Assembly (NCBI GenBank): GCA_047617785.1
Contig: JBLGBK010000007.1
Location: 1-47,501, forward strand
Length of the DNA: 47,501 bases
Direction: 5' to 3'
Origin: Colwellia polaris
Lineage (GTDB): Archaea > Nanohalarchaeota > Nanosalinia > Nanosalinales > Nanosalinaceae
The translations under genes and the position numbers were made by a program. Shown here piece by piece: positions 18,926 through 27,076 of this stretch (within the stretch, counting starts at the first letter, position 1; each line of letters starts with the position of its first letter). The notes below the pieces were generated by a model that was given only the letters and a program-made list of their open reading frames with translations, was not told where the DNA came from and did no database searches.

Positions 18926-20280
18926 AGAATATTCGAGATAGGGTAACTAAACAGAAAGAAGCCTTCTTAATAATAGGTATTTTTGCTTTAATACAGCTTG
19001 TTATCTATTCTGCTGTTTGGAATAAGCCAATGGGGTGGGATTCGTCGATATATGTTGCAATGGGCAAGCACCTATTTAGTATGGGCGAGGTAGGCTTATG
19101 GGAGGTTTTCAGACCTCCGCTTATACCGGCAGTTGTGGGCGTCATATGGAAGACAAGTCTACCAGTAATACCTTTCTCACGTCTTATGCACCTGACTTTA
19201 ACATTAGCAGGTACAACTGTGGCATACAAGCAACTTAAACAGATATTTGATTACAGAACTGCTGTTTACGCAGTTTCAGTGATGCTTGCAACTTCTGTAT
19301 TTATTGAAAACACTACTAACTTGTTAACAGGCATAATATCTGCATTAATGGTTCTAATATCTCTTAACATGTACTTACAGGATAAGTATATATTCTCTGG
19401 ATTTCTTTCAGGACTTGCGTTTTTGACAAGATTTCCTGCTATACTTATGTCGCCTGCTATAGCAATTTATGAAACAGCTGAAAATTATGGGGCTCCAAGA
19501 GAAGTGTTTACAAGGCTGTTCAAATACGCGATACCTGTAGCAGCATTAATAGGAGCCTATCTAGGGCTGAATGCGTATTTATTTGGCGATCCTCTTACAC
19601 CTATTACTTCAGGTCTCTCTGTACCGCCTTCAGATGCAACATCTATTTTCGGAACTTATTATCTAACTAAGCTAGCTGTAAATCCGTTAACTATCTTATT
19701 TATACCAAGTTTAATACTGATATTTAGAAAACGTGCGGAGAAGTTCTACCCATATATTGCGGCCTTTGCAGTTTATTTCATTTTCTTCGAATCATATCCG
19801 CATAAAGAAGTAAGATATTCTCTTCTATTCCTGCCGTTCATATCTGTGGTTTCGGCTTATGGTTTGAAAGAGATACAAGACCGGCTGTCGTTAAAGAAAG
19901 AGGTCATAGTCGTGGCTGCGACAATAGTAATGATAATTTCTGCTATACCAGTATACAATGCTTCGTCATATCAGAATCCTAACGCAAAACAATTCTATCA
20001 ACAGTTTGAGAGCCTAAATGGAACTATAGCAACTAATACGCCTGGCCCTATACAATACGGTGATTTCAATTATCGAGCGCTTCCACAGGGCTATCTTGAT
20101 TCTGCATTTGGAAGGCCAGGAACCGACTATTACGGGATCAACAGCTGTGCCTGGTACAATACTGAAGGACAGGCTGCTGAGGAAATTAATCAGCTGAACT
20201 CAAATCTCTCTCAATATGGAAGCATTTACAATGATAGCGATCAAAACTGTAACTACATGATTTACAAGGTGGAAAATTAG
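18913..20280 (+). CDS. GT-C (PMT/ArnT-like) polytopic glycosyltransferase
   Basis: WDSSIY first-loop acidic motif, RPPLIP, GLAFLTRF, KEVRY; about 11 TM helices. Confidence 0.82.
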   Translation: MALVENIRDRVTKQKEAFLIIGIFALIQLVIYSAVWNKPMGWDSSIYVAMGKHLFSMGEVGLWEVFRPPLIPAVVGVIWKTSLPVIPFSRLMHLTLTLAGTTVAYKQLKQIFDYRTAVYAVSVMLATSVFIENTTNLLTGIISALMVLISLNMYLQDKYIFSGFLSGLAFLTRFPAILMSPAIAIYETAENYGAPREVFTRLFKYAIPVAALIGAYLGLNAYLFGDPLTPITSGLSVPPSDATSIFGTYYLTKLAVNPLTILFIPSLILIFRKRAEKFYPYIAAFAVYFIFFESYPHKEVRYSLLFLPFISVVSAYGLKEIQDRLSLKKEVIVVAATIVMIISAIPVYNASSYQNPNAKQFYQQFESLNGTIATNTPGPIQYGDFNYRALPQGYLDSAFGRPGTDYYGINSCAWYNTEGQAAEEINQLNSNLSQYGSIYNDSDQNCNYMIYKVEN

Positions 20281-20933
20281 TGACTGAGATAAAGAAATAC
20301 CGTTACGGCGCTGCAATAGGCCTTACGATGCTTATATTTCTCCTAGGTGTTTTTGCAAGTAACTTGGCTGATGATAAAAGACAGTCTGACCTTCAGGATA
20401 CCTTGCGAGATGACAGTACAGATATTCAGAGCAAGCAGATATTAATGAGATATCTTGAAGGCGAAGAATCATGCGAACTCCGACAGGAAGGGTTAAATCA
20501 GATAGTTGAAGGTTATAATAATAGATTAGAGAGAGTACAGTCTTATGAAGAGAAAAGCTTTTTCCAAGAAACTGAATTTCGAAGTCTCAGACGCAGCTAT
20601 GTTCTTTCCGGTATAGAGTACTGGATGTTTGCTGAAGAAACTGATGAAAGATGTGACAGCTACAATACTAATACGATTCTTTTCTTCACGGAAGAACAAT
20701 GTGAATTATGTGACAAACAGGGTGAAACACTTTCCGATATTAAACGTCTATATGGAGATGAGGTGCTTGTTTTCTCGGTATATACTGATTTAGATGATAG
20801 TATGATTAATCTTCTCCGAGAGCAATATGATATTTCGAAACCCCCGGCGCTTGTAATAAACCAGAATAAGACTTTGGAAGGTGTTCATACACGTGAAAAT
20901 ATTACACAGCATCTAGAGATGAGCGAGGATTAG
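20280..20933 (+). CDS. Membrane-anchored thioredoxin-fold protein (CxxC)
   Basis: N-terminal TM helix, ILFFTEEQCELCDKQG, cis-Pro-like KPPALVIN; GTG start. Confidence 0.7.
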   Translation: MTEIKKYRYGAAIGLTMLIFLLGVFASNLADDKRQSDLQDTLRDDSTDIQSKQILMRYLEGEESCELRQEGLNQIVEGYNNRLERVQSYEEKSFFQETEFRSLRRSYVLSGIEYWMFAEETDERCDSYNTNTILFFTEEQCELCDKQGETLSDIKRLYGDEVLVFSVYTDLDDSMINLLREQYDISKPPALVINQNKTLEGVHTRENITQHLEMSED

Positions 20934-20939
20934 TGATCA

Positions 20940-22025
20940 ATGCTTGAAGATGTATCTGTCATAATACCGGCAATAAATGAAGAAAAGTTCTTGGAAGAGA
21001 CTATAGAGGATACTCTAGACTATATTGGATCTGGTTCTGAAATTGTTCTAGTTACTGATCCCTCTACGGACCGCACACAGGAAATAGCAAAACAGTTGGC
21101 GGAAAAGCATGATCAAGTAGTTCATGTTCAGAAGAATCAAAGACACGGTAAAGGGAGAGCAATTGAAGAGGGAGTTAGACATTCAAAAAACCAGAAAATA
21201 GCCTTCATGGATGCAGACAGTGCAACAACTCCTGATCAGCTTGAGAAAATAATTAAGCCGCTTAAAGACGGTTACGATATCGCTGTTGGATCGCGCTACC
21301 TTCCTGAAAGCGATACAGAGAGAAAAAAGCTAAGAGAAATCCCTAGTCGTCTCTTCAATATTGCTACCTCTAACATACTTGATACTGGTATAAAGGATCA
21401 TCAATGCGGCTTTAAGGCTTTCAAAAAGAATGATGTGGAAGAAATGATGTCTCTGGAGGATGGTGGATTTCCATGGGATCTTGAATTCCTGTATAAAGCC
21501 AATAAAAAGGGTTTGAAAATTGCCGAGATCCCTGTCCGTTGGAGAACACGTGAAGGCTCAGAGGTCAATTCATCTACCTATCTAAGTTTTATAGATCGTA
21601 TATATTTTCTAGCTCTAGATAAGTACTTTGGAGATAGATCTGAGTCGATGCACAACTATGGAAAATTTGCATTTGTGGGGGGTCTTGGAGCAATAGTTAA
21701 TACTATTTTGCTCTATATTTTTACTGATATAGTTGGCATACATTATATTATAAGCGGAGCCCTATCTATAGAGGCTGCTATAATAGCAATGTTCTTTCTG
21801 AATAACAGATTTACATTTACGCCTGTTAAGCAAGGTATAAAACAAGTTATAGATGGTTTAATAGTCTCGAACGTTGTTAGATCTGTAGGGATTGTAGCTC
21901 AGTTAGCTATCCTCTACTTATTAACCGACATGCTAAATATCTACTATCTACTATCTAATATAGTGGCTATATTTGTGTCTTCTATTCTAACTTTTCTAGG
22001 TGAGAGCCGATATAATTGGAATTAG
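20940..22025 (+). CDS. Dolichol-phosphate glycosyltransferase (GT2) fused to a GtrA-like flippase
   Basis: SVIIPAINEE, GKGRA, FMDAD, GSRY, DHQCGFKAF; C-terminal 4-TM domain KFAFVGGLGAIVN...NNRFTF. Confidence 0.9.
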   Translation: MLEDVSVIIPAINEEKFLEETIEDTLDYIGSGSEIVLVTDPSTDRTQEIAKQLAEKHDQVVHVQKNQRHGKGRAIEEGVRHSKNQKIAFMDADSATTPDQLEKIIKPLKDGYDIAVGSRYLPESDTERKKLREIPSRLFNIATSNILDTGIKDHQCGFKAFKKNDVEEMMSLEDGGFPWDLEFLYKANKKGLKIAEIPVRWRTREGSEVNSSTYLSFIDRIYFLALDKYFGDRSESMHNYGKFAFVGGLGAIVNTILLYIFTDIVGIHYIISGALSIEAAIIAMFFLNNRFTFTPVKQGIKQVIDGLIVSNVVRSVGIVAQLAILYLLTDMLNIYYLLSNIVAIFVSSILTFLGESRYNWN

Positions 22026-22056
22026 AAATAATAAGCTACTGGAAGAAAAGGGCACT

Positions 22057-22374
22057 ATGGATATAGATCAAATCAATGATATTGTGTCTGCAAATAAAAT
22101 TGTCGTGCTAGGTTTGACACTGATCTTAGGAACTGCCGTAGGCTATGCACTTTCTGTAGTAATGCAGCCTAGCCAAGATAAACCTTACTGTCAGAGTCTT
22201 GAAGAAGATCTTCAGAATGAGCACAATACCACTTCAATTAATTGTCATGAACCGGGATGGGTAGCCCTCTCATCTGAGAGCACAGAAATTGAGAACCAGA
22301 CTGATATGCGATGTACGTGTACAAGAGTAGAAAACGGAGATCTAACTATATTTCCTATAAGAGCTGCAGAATAA
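22057..22374 (+). CDS. Small membrane-anchored protein with 4 Cys
   Basis: One TM helix followed by C...C...CTC; start set at ATG 22057. Confidence 0.65.
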   Translation: MDIDQINDIVSANKIVVLGLTLILGTAVGYALSVVMQPSQDKPYCQSLEEDLQNEHNTTSINCHEPGWVALSSESTEIENQTDMRCTCTRVENGDLTIFPIRAAE

Positions 22375-22381
22375 CCAAATT

Positions 22382-23257
22382 CTACTTGACTTTTTTCTCC
22401 AGAACCAATTTATTACTTCTACCCTCTTTCTCCTTACTAACAACTTCCTTATCCACAAGAGAGCTGACTACGCCAGAAATCTTGGCTTTAGAGTACTCTG
22501 ATTCTGAGACGACATCCTTCTGAAGCATCTCCCCATTATTCTCTAACAGAATATCTACAACCTTCTGTTCATCATCTTCAAGATCTATTGATTCTCCTTT
22601 AGGCTCTCGAGTAAGGATGTATGCTACTGCTAGACTTCCAATAATTAGCAGTCCTGCAAGAAGATAAGAAAAATTGCTTTTAGATTGGCTAGTGTCTTCC
22701 TCATATATTGCTCTAAAGCTTAGAACCTGGCCTAATTGGGGCTGCAAATCCCAGGTAATACTTGTTCGGTCGCCTGAACTATCAATTTCTGCACTCTCAG
22801 GAATAACAGTTTCCTCAGAACGATTAGAATTATCTGCTATAGCGCTATCCTCAGGCAATAACACAGTTAATTGGTAATTATCCGTTGGTCGGTACACAGA
22901 ATGGCTGTACTGGAAAAGACTGTAACCATTCCTCTGTTCAACCAGATTACTGGCCGTAAAATCCAGTTTTAGAGACACATTATTTTTTTCAGGTGCTTCG
23001 CACTGTATCTCAGATCCTATCTGAAATTCTGAAGCATTACATTCGATAGTTTCTCCATTCATCTCTCCTTCAACATTTGTTACAGGAACTGTAGTTACAT
23101 AGGAGAACTTGGAGCTTGTAATCGTCTCTATTTCAGATTCTATACTTACCGAGTTATCTGCAAGATCTATAGTAATATCTTCACTTTGAATACTTGTAGC
23201 TGCTCCTGAGGAAGCCATCAGGGCTATCAAGAGAACTATTCCGATTTTCCAGTGCAT
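22382..23257 (-). CDS. Membrane-tethered winged-helix transcription regulator (COG2512-like)
   Basis: Signal peptide, extracellular beta domain, TM helix, then DEQKVVDILLENNGEMLQKDVVSESEYSKAKISGVVSSLVDKEVVSKEKEGRSN. Confidence 0.82.
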   Translation of the reverse strand: MHWKIGIVLLIALMASSGAATSIQSEDITIDLADNSVSIESEIETITSSKFSYVTTVPVTNVEGEMNGETIECNASEFQIGSEIQCEAPEKNNVSLKLDFTASNLVEQRNGYSLFQYSHSVYRPTDNYQLTVLLPEDSAIADNSNRSEETVIPESAEIDSSGDRTSITWDLQPQLGQVLSFRAIYEEDTSQSKSNFSYLLAGLLIIGSLAVAYILTREPKGESIDLEDDEQKVVDILLENNGEMLQKDVVSESEYSKAKISGVVSSLVDKEVVSKEKEGRSNKLVLEKKVK

Positions 23258-23303
23258 AACAGTAAGAAATATTTTTCTGTAAGGTTAAATATTATTTCCA
23301 AAT

Positions 23304-23705
23304 CTACTCCTCATTACCTCTTGAGATAAGAACTCCACCCGCACCCATCTCGGCATAGCTCTGCATAGTATTAGCCATAAATTGAAGGCTTTCCTGAGAA
23401 TCCTTTAAATCTAGTTCGAAACTATCAGGGCCTTCAACCTGAACGTAAGTCGGTCCATAATTAACTACGGTCCGTACAGCGCGTTCAAAAGTCTCGCATT
23501 CAACACTAACCTCTACAACATGCGAATAACCCTGATCAATATCAGGGTGAGGATTTTTCATCTCTGAAACTTCATCAAAATTAGCTTCAATAACTTTAAG
23601 ATCCTTTTCGTCTCTTAATCCCTGGATGTGTTCATCCATAGATTCTCTTACTGCGTCTTCCTGATTCGATATCGCCTCAAAAACCATCCAAAGCTTAATC
23701 CCCAT
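23304..23705 (-). CDS. Hypothetical protein, conserved-looking
   Basis: 133-aa acidic alpha/beta ORF with YGPTYVQVEGP; no function recognised. Confidence 0.7.
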   Translation of the reverse strand: MGIKLWMVFEAISNQEDAVRESMDEHIQGLRDEKDLKVIEANFDEVSEMKNPHPDIDQGYSHVVEVSVECETFERAVRTVVNYGPTYVQVEGPDSFELDLKDSQESLQFMANTMQSYAEMGAGGVLISRGNEE

Positions 23706-23753
23706 TCTAGGTTACACCTTACAGTTAAAGCTGTAGTTGAAACAGTTATAAAC

Positions 23754-24140
23754 ATGAGGAAACCTGATATCGGGAAGAAAAAGGCAGCGATAGCTCTGGG
23801 CGCACCGATTTTAGCATTAACAATCTATATGGCCACGGGAGTAAACTACATAGAAGCAAAAGGAACATGTCATACCGAAGTAAGAAGCTGCCATGGGATT
23901 CCACTAAAAAACCAGTGTATAGGTATAGAGTCATCGACTATACAATTCCAAGATTCAAACCAGTGCTCTGAACTATCGGAAATAGAACAAAGATGCCATA
24001 CTGCTAGAAACACGCTCTGCAACTCAACAGAATACTCGGGTGACGAATGGAAGGAAACACCAGTCAAAGGGTTTTCATGCGCTGAATGGGAAAACCAGTA
24101 TAGCAACGCTATAAACTTGAAAAGCTGCGGCGCCAATTAA
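23754..24140 (+). CDS. Membrane-anchored Cys-rich protein (8 Cys; paralog of 13334-13786)
   Basis: Basic N-terminus plus hydrophobic helix from ATG 23754; CHG...CIGIE motif. Confidence 0.75.
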   Translation: MRKPDIGKKKAAIALGAPILALTIYMATGVNYIEAKGTCHTEVRSCHGIPLKNQCIGIESSTIQFQDSNQCSELSEIEQRCHTARNTLCNSTEYSGDEWKETPVKGFSCAEWENQYSNAINLKSCGAN

Positions 24141-24164
24141 CAAATAGAAGAGGGAAGCCAGAAA

Positions 24165-24584
24165 ATGGATCTAAAACAGAAAATCCAGGAAGTAGAATAC
24201 GAATACACTCTGGACCAGAACGAGCTCGGAAAAATACTGGCAATAGTATCTCTCACAATTACCCTGTTCTCTGTATACTCGATAATGAGTCTTCAACCAG
24301 CAATGGAAGAAGCACAGACTGCTGAAGATAGGCTAAGCCAACTTGATGAAGTAATAAACTCGCAACAGTTCAACCAAAGCCTAAACGCGATGGAAGACCT
24401 TCAAACCACGTCCGTAGGGGAGGACATAGATTATGCATTGCAAACCTTCCAGGGTATGCAGACCACGGTTAACGACCAACAGAAGATATACGAAAACCTG
24501 GAGAACGCAAATACTCGCTACCAGTGGCTCTTCCTGATCGGCCTACTGGGTCTTGTATCGGGTGTATCGATCAGATATGTATAA
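24165..24584 (+). CDS. Two-TM protein with a helical external loop
   Basis: Hydrophobic helices near both ends; overlaps the next start. Confidence 0.7.
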   Translation: MDLKQKIQEVEYEYTLDQNELGKILAIVSLTITLFSVYSIMSLQPAMEEAQTAEDRLSQLDEVINSQQFNQSLNAMEDLQTTSVGEDIDYALQTFQGMQTTVNDQQKIYENLENANTRYQWLFLIGLLGLVSGVSIRYV

Positions 24585-26370
24585 GAAAACCCTTCTATTC
24601 TTCTTCACGGTTTTTCTGATCATTTCAGCTGCAGCAGAATCAGAACTAACTTTACAAACCAAAAATTCAGAAGGACAAACTGTAGACACACTATTCCAAG
24701 TAAGCAACAGCTCAGGGATAGTAGCCGAATCAGAAAACAGCCTCCAGACCAACCTAACGACAGATAATACTTACAAAGTCAAACAGATAATTAAAAATGG
24801 GGAGACAAACGTAACGCTCTACGACCTGAATATAACGCAAGATCTCTCTCCAAGAATAAGGTATACGAACAGAACTGAAAAAACACCTTACCTGGAAAGA
24901 CCAGAGAAAATATATGCTTTTGACGGCTCGGATCTTGATTACAGTAACGCAGAAATCGCTTATACCAGAAATAATGCGCCGGACAATATTCTAAACTGCC
25001 AAGATTACCTGTTCGACACAAATTCATGCAGCGACTGGAGCATAAACTCATCAACCGACTACAGCATAGATCAACAGGAAGGTATTTTCAGCTATAACGT
25101 AACAGGCTTCTCAGCATACACAGCAGGAGATACAGCACCAAGACTGAACGTAACAAATATTCGGGTATACAACGTAACCGGTCTGTCAAGCACAGATCAG
25201 AAGTACGAGGGCGCAAAGATAGAGGAAGGTTTGAACAAGACTTTCCAGACCGAACAGAAAGATGAAAGCGCATCATTCCGATTCACTTTCTCTATAGAGA
25301 ATACAGGCACTGAAGACTGGAGCCTAGCCTCTGCTGATACATTAAAGCATTCAGGAATTGATACAGGCTGGACGGTAGACGATATATGGTACAATATAGA
25401 TCAAGAATACACGGGAGGAAGCTTTTCCTCCGGACAGGTTACCTGGGATACTGAACAGGGTCTACTGGCTAACGGAAGCGCGATGAATGCAAGCTACGTA
25501 ACGGATACATCTCTCCAAGACACACAGACCTATAATCAAAATTTCAAAGTCCAAGATAGCTCTACAAATGCAGAAGACACCGACCTACATATACTTGAAG
25601 CCATAAAATACGGTCGACTATCAGCTGAGATCGTAACTCCTCCAAACAATACGCTCCTAACGCAAGATAAGATCTTCAATATGACGGCCAACTTGACATG
25701 CTCTAACGGGGACTGTGGTGATGTAGAATCTCAGCCGCGTTACAATACTACCGATGGCCAGTCAGTTCTTCCAGGTTCAGGAGGAACGCCATTCGCACTT
25801 CAGGAATCCGCAACCTCCTCATGCACACTTTCTTCAAGTGAAGAATGTACAGTTGAATGGCGAGTCAACGCCACAGGAGCAATGGATACATACCATAAAC
25901 TGGACGCAAATGTTTACAGTCTCAGTTATCCCGAGATTCCGGAGAACAGCTCTGAGCGTAACAAGGTGGAGATATCGATTCCTATAGATTTCAGCCTTGG
26001 CTGGGATACCATAGACTTTGGAGCTCTCAATCCAGGTTCAGAAAATAGATCTGCAGAGGGGAATCAAAACGAAGAGTACAATATAACAGTAAGTGAGGAT
26101 AGCAGACCTATAGACAATCTATGGGTGAAAGGAGAAGATCTGACTTCCACAGAGAACACCAACTACAGTATCGGCATCAGCAACGTTTCATATAGTCTAG
26201 AAAACGATATATCAACAGAAGAATCTTTGAATAAGACATATCAGCACGTGGTATCTGATTTGAGTCCGGGAGATATACTTACTACTTTTTATTGGATTGA
26301 TGTACCGTATGGAATGACTGAAGGCGGCTACAACGGCACAATAACCTTCAAGGCGAACGTAACGGAGTGA
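24577..26370 (+). CDS. Secreted multidomain beta-rich glycoprotein with a C-terminal pilin-like domain (candidate tip/minor subunit)
   Basis: Signal peptide from ATG 24577, many NxS/T sequons, no C-terminal TM; ends IDFGALNPG...IDVPYGMTEGGYNGTITF. Confidence 0.75.
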   Translation: MYKKTLLFFFTVFLIISAAAESELTLQTKNSEGQTVDTLFQVSNSSGIVAESENSLQTNLTTDNTYKVKQIIKNGETNVTLYDLNITQDLSPRIRYTNRTEKTPYLERPEKIYAFDGSDLDYSNAEIAYTRNNAPDNILNCQDYLFDTNSCSDWSINSSTDYSIDQQEGIFSYNVTGFSAYTAGDTAPRLNVTNIRVYNVTGLSSTDQKYEGAKIEEGLNKTFQTEQKDESASFRFTFSIENTGTEDWSLASADTLKHSGIDTGWTVDDIWYNIDQEYTGGSFSSGQVTWDTEQGLLANGSAMNASYVTDTSLQDTQTYNQNFKVQDSSTNAEDTDLHILEAIKYGRLSAEIVTPPNNTLLTQDKIFNMTANLTCSNGDCGDVESQPRYNTTDGQSVLPGSGGTPFALQESATSSCTLSSSEECTVEWRVNATGAMDTYHKLDANVYSLSYPEIPENSSERNKVEISIPIDFSLGWDTIDFGALNPGSENRSAEGNQNEEYNITVSEDSRPIDNLWVKGEDLTSTENTNYSIGISNVSYSLENDISTEESLNKTYQHVVSDLSPGDILTTFYWIDVPYGMTEGGYNGTITFKANVTE

Positions 26371-26377
26371 AAAAATC

Positions 26378-27076
26378 ATGGATAAAAAAACATTTCTACT
26401 CGTATCGGCACTTCTTCTAGCTCCTTTATCCTCGGCAACTGTATTGATTGAACCTCCTGAAACAGAAGTGAACATTAACGGTCTTGAGACGAGTTTTGAC
26501 ATCGGGTTTGTTAACACGGGCGAAAAGCTGAATCTAAGCCTTGATTCACAGCCGCAGACAGATATACAGGTCGATCACTCTCAAGATATTGTTTTAGATT
26601 CCTCAGAGATAACTTCGCAACCCGAGGGCAGCAACTGGTACTATCTAGGAGAAGGAGATTATGCAAAGATACAGTACATAACTGTAGATACATCTATACC
26701 CCGAGATACAGGTACGAGAAGACATAATTTCGATTTATCAATTTCTCGGGAGTATAAGACTTCCAGATCAAGACCAAACGTTGAACAGGTTCAGGAATTT
26801 AACTTCGAGATTTTCTCAACGTCGGACTTGATTAACACTGGCTTTGAATCTCCTGAGGAATCAAACCCGGAAGAAGTCCGAGATCAGAGGGAACAGAATT
26901 CCACAGAAACTAATCAACAGGAAACACGGTCACCAGATAGTACTGTTGATGACGGCTCCAACACCTCTAGTACCGAGGAGGACACAGCAGCTAGTGGTAT
27001 TGACGGCGTTACTATTTTACTCGTGTCAGGTCTATTACTAACTGTGGGATGGCTACTCAAGGAGGTAATGCTGTGA
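26378..27076 (+). CDS. Single-pass surface protein (Ig-like domain, S/T/E linker, C-terminal TM)
   Basis: Signal peptide, FVNTG beta pattern, low-complexity linker, terminal hydrophobic helix. Confidence 0.75.
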   Translation: MDKKTFLLVSALLLAPLSSATVLIEPPETEVNINGLETSFDIGFVNTGEKLNLSLDSQPQTDIQVDHSQDIVLDSSEITSQPEGSNWYYLGEGDYAKIQYITVDTSIPRDTGTRRHNFDLSISREYKTSRSRPNVEQVQEFNFEIFSTSDLINTGFESPEESNPEEVRDQREQNSTETNQQETRSPDSTVDDGSNTSSTEEDTAASGIDGVTILLVSGLLLTVGWLLKEVML

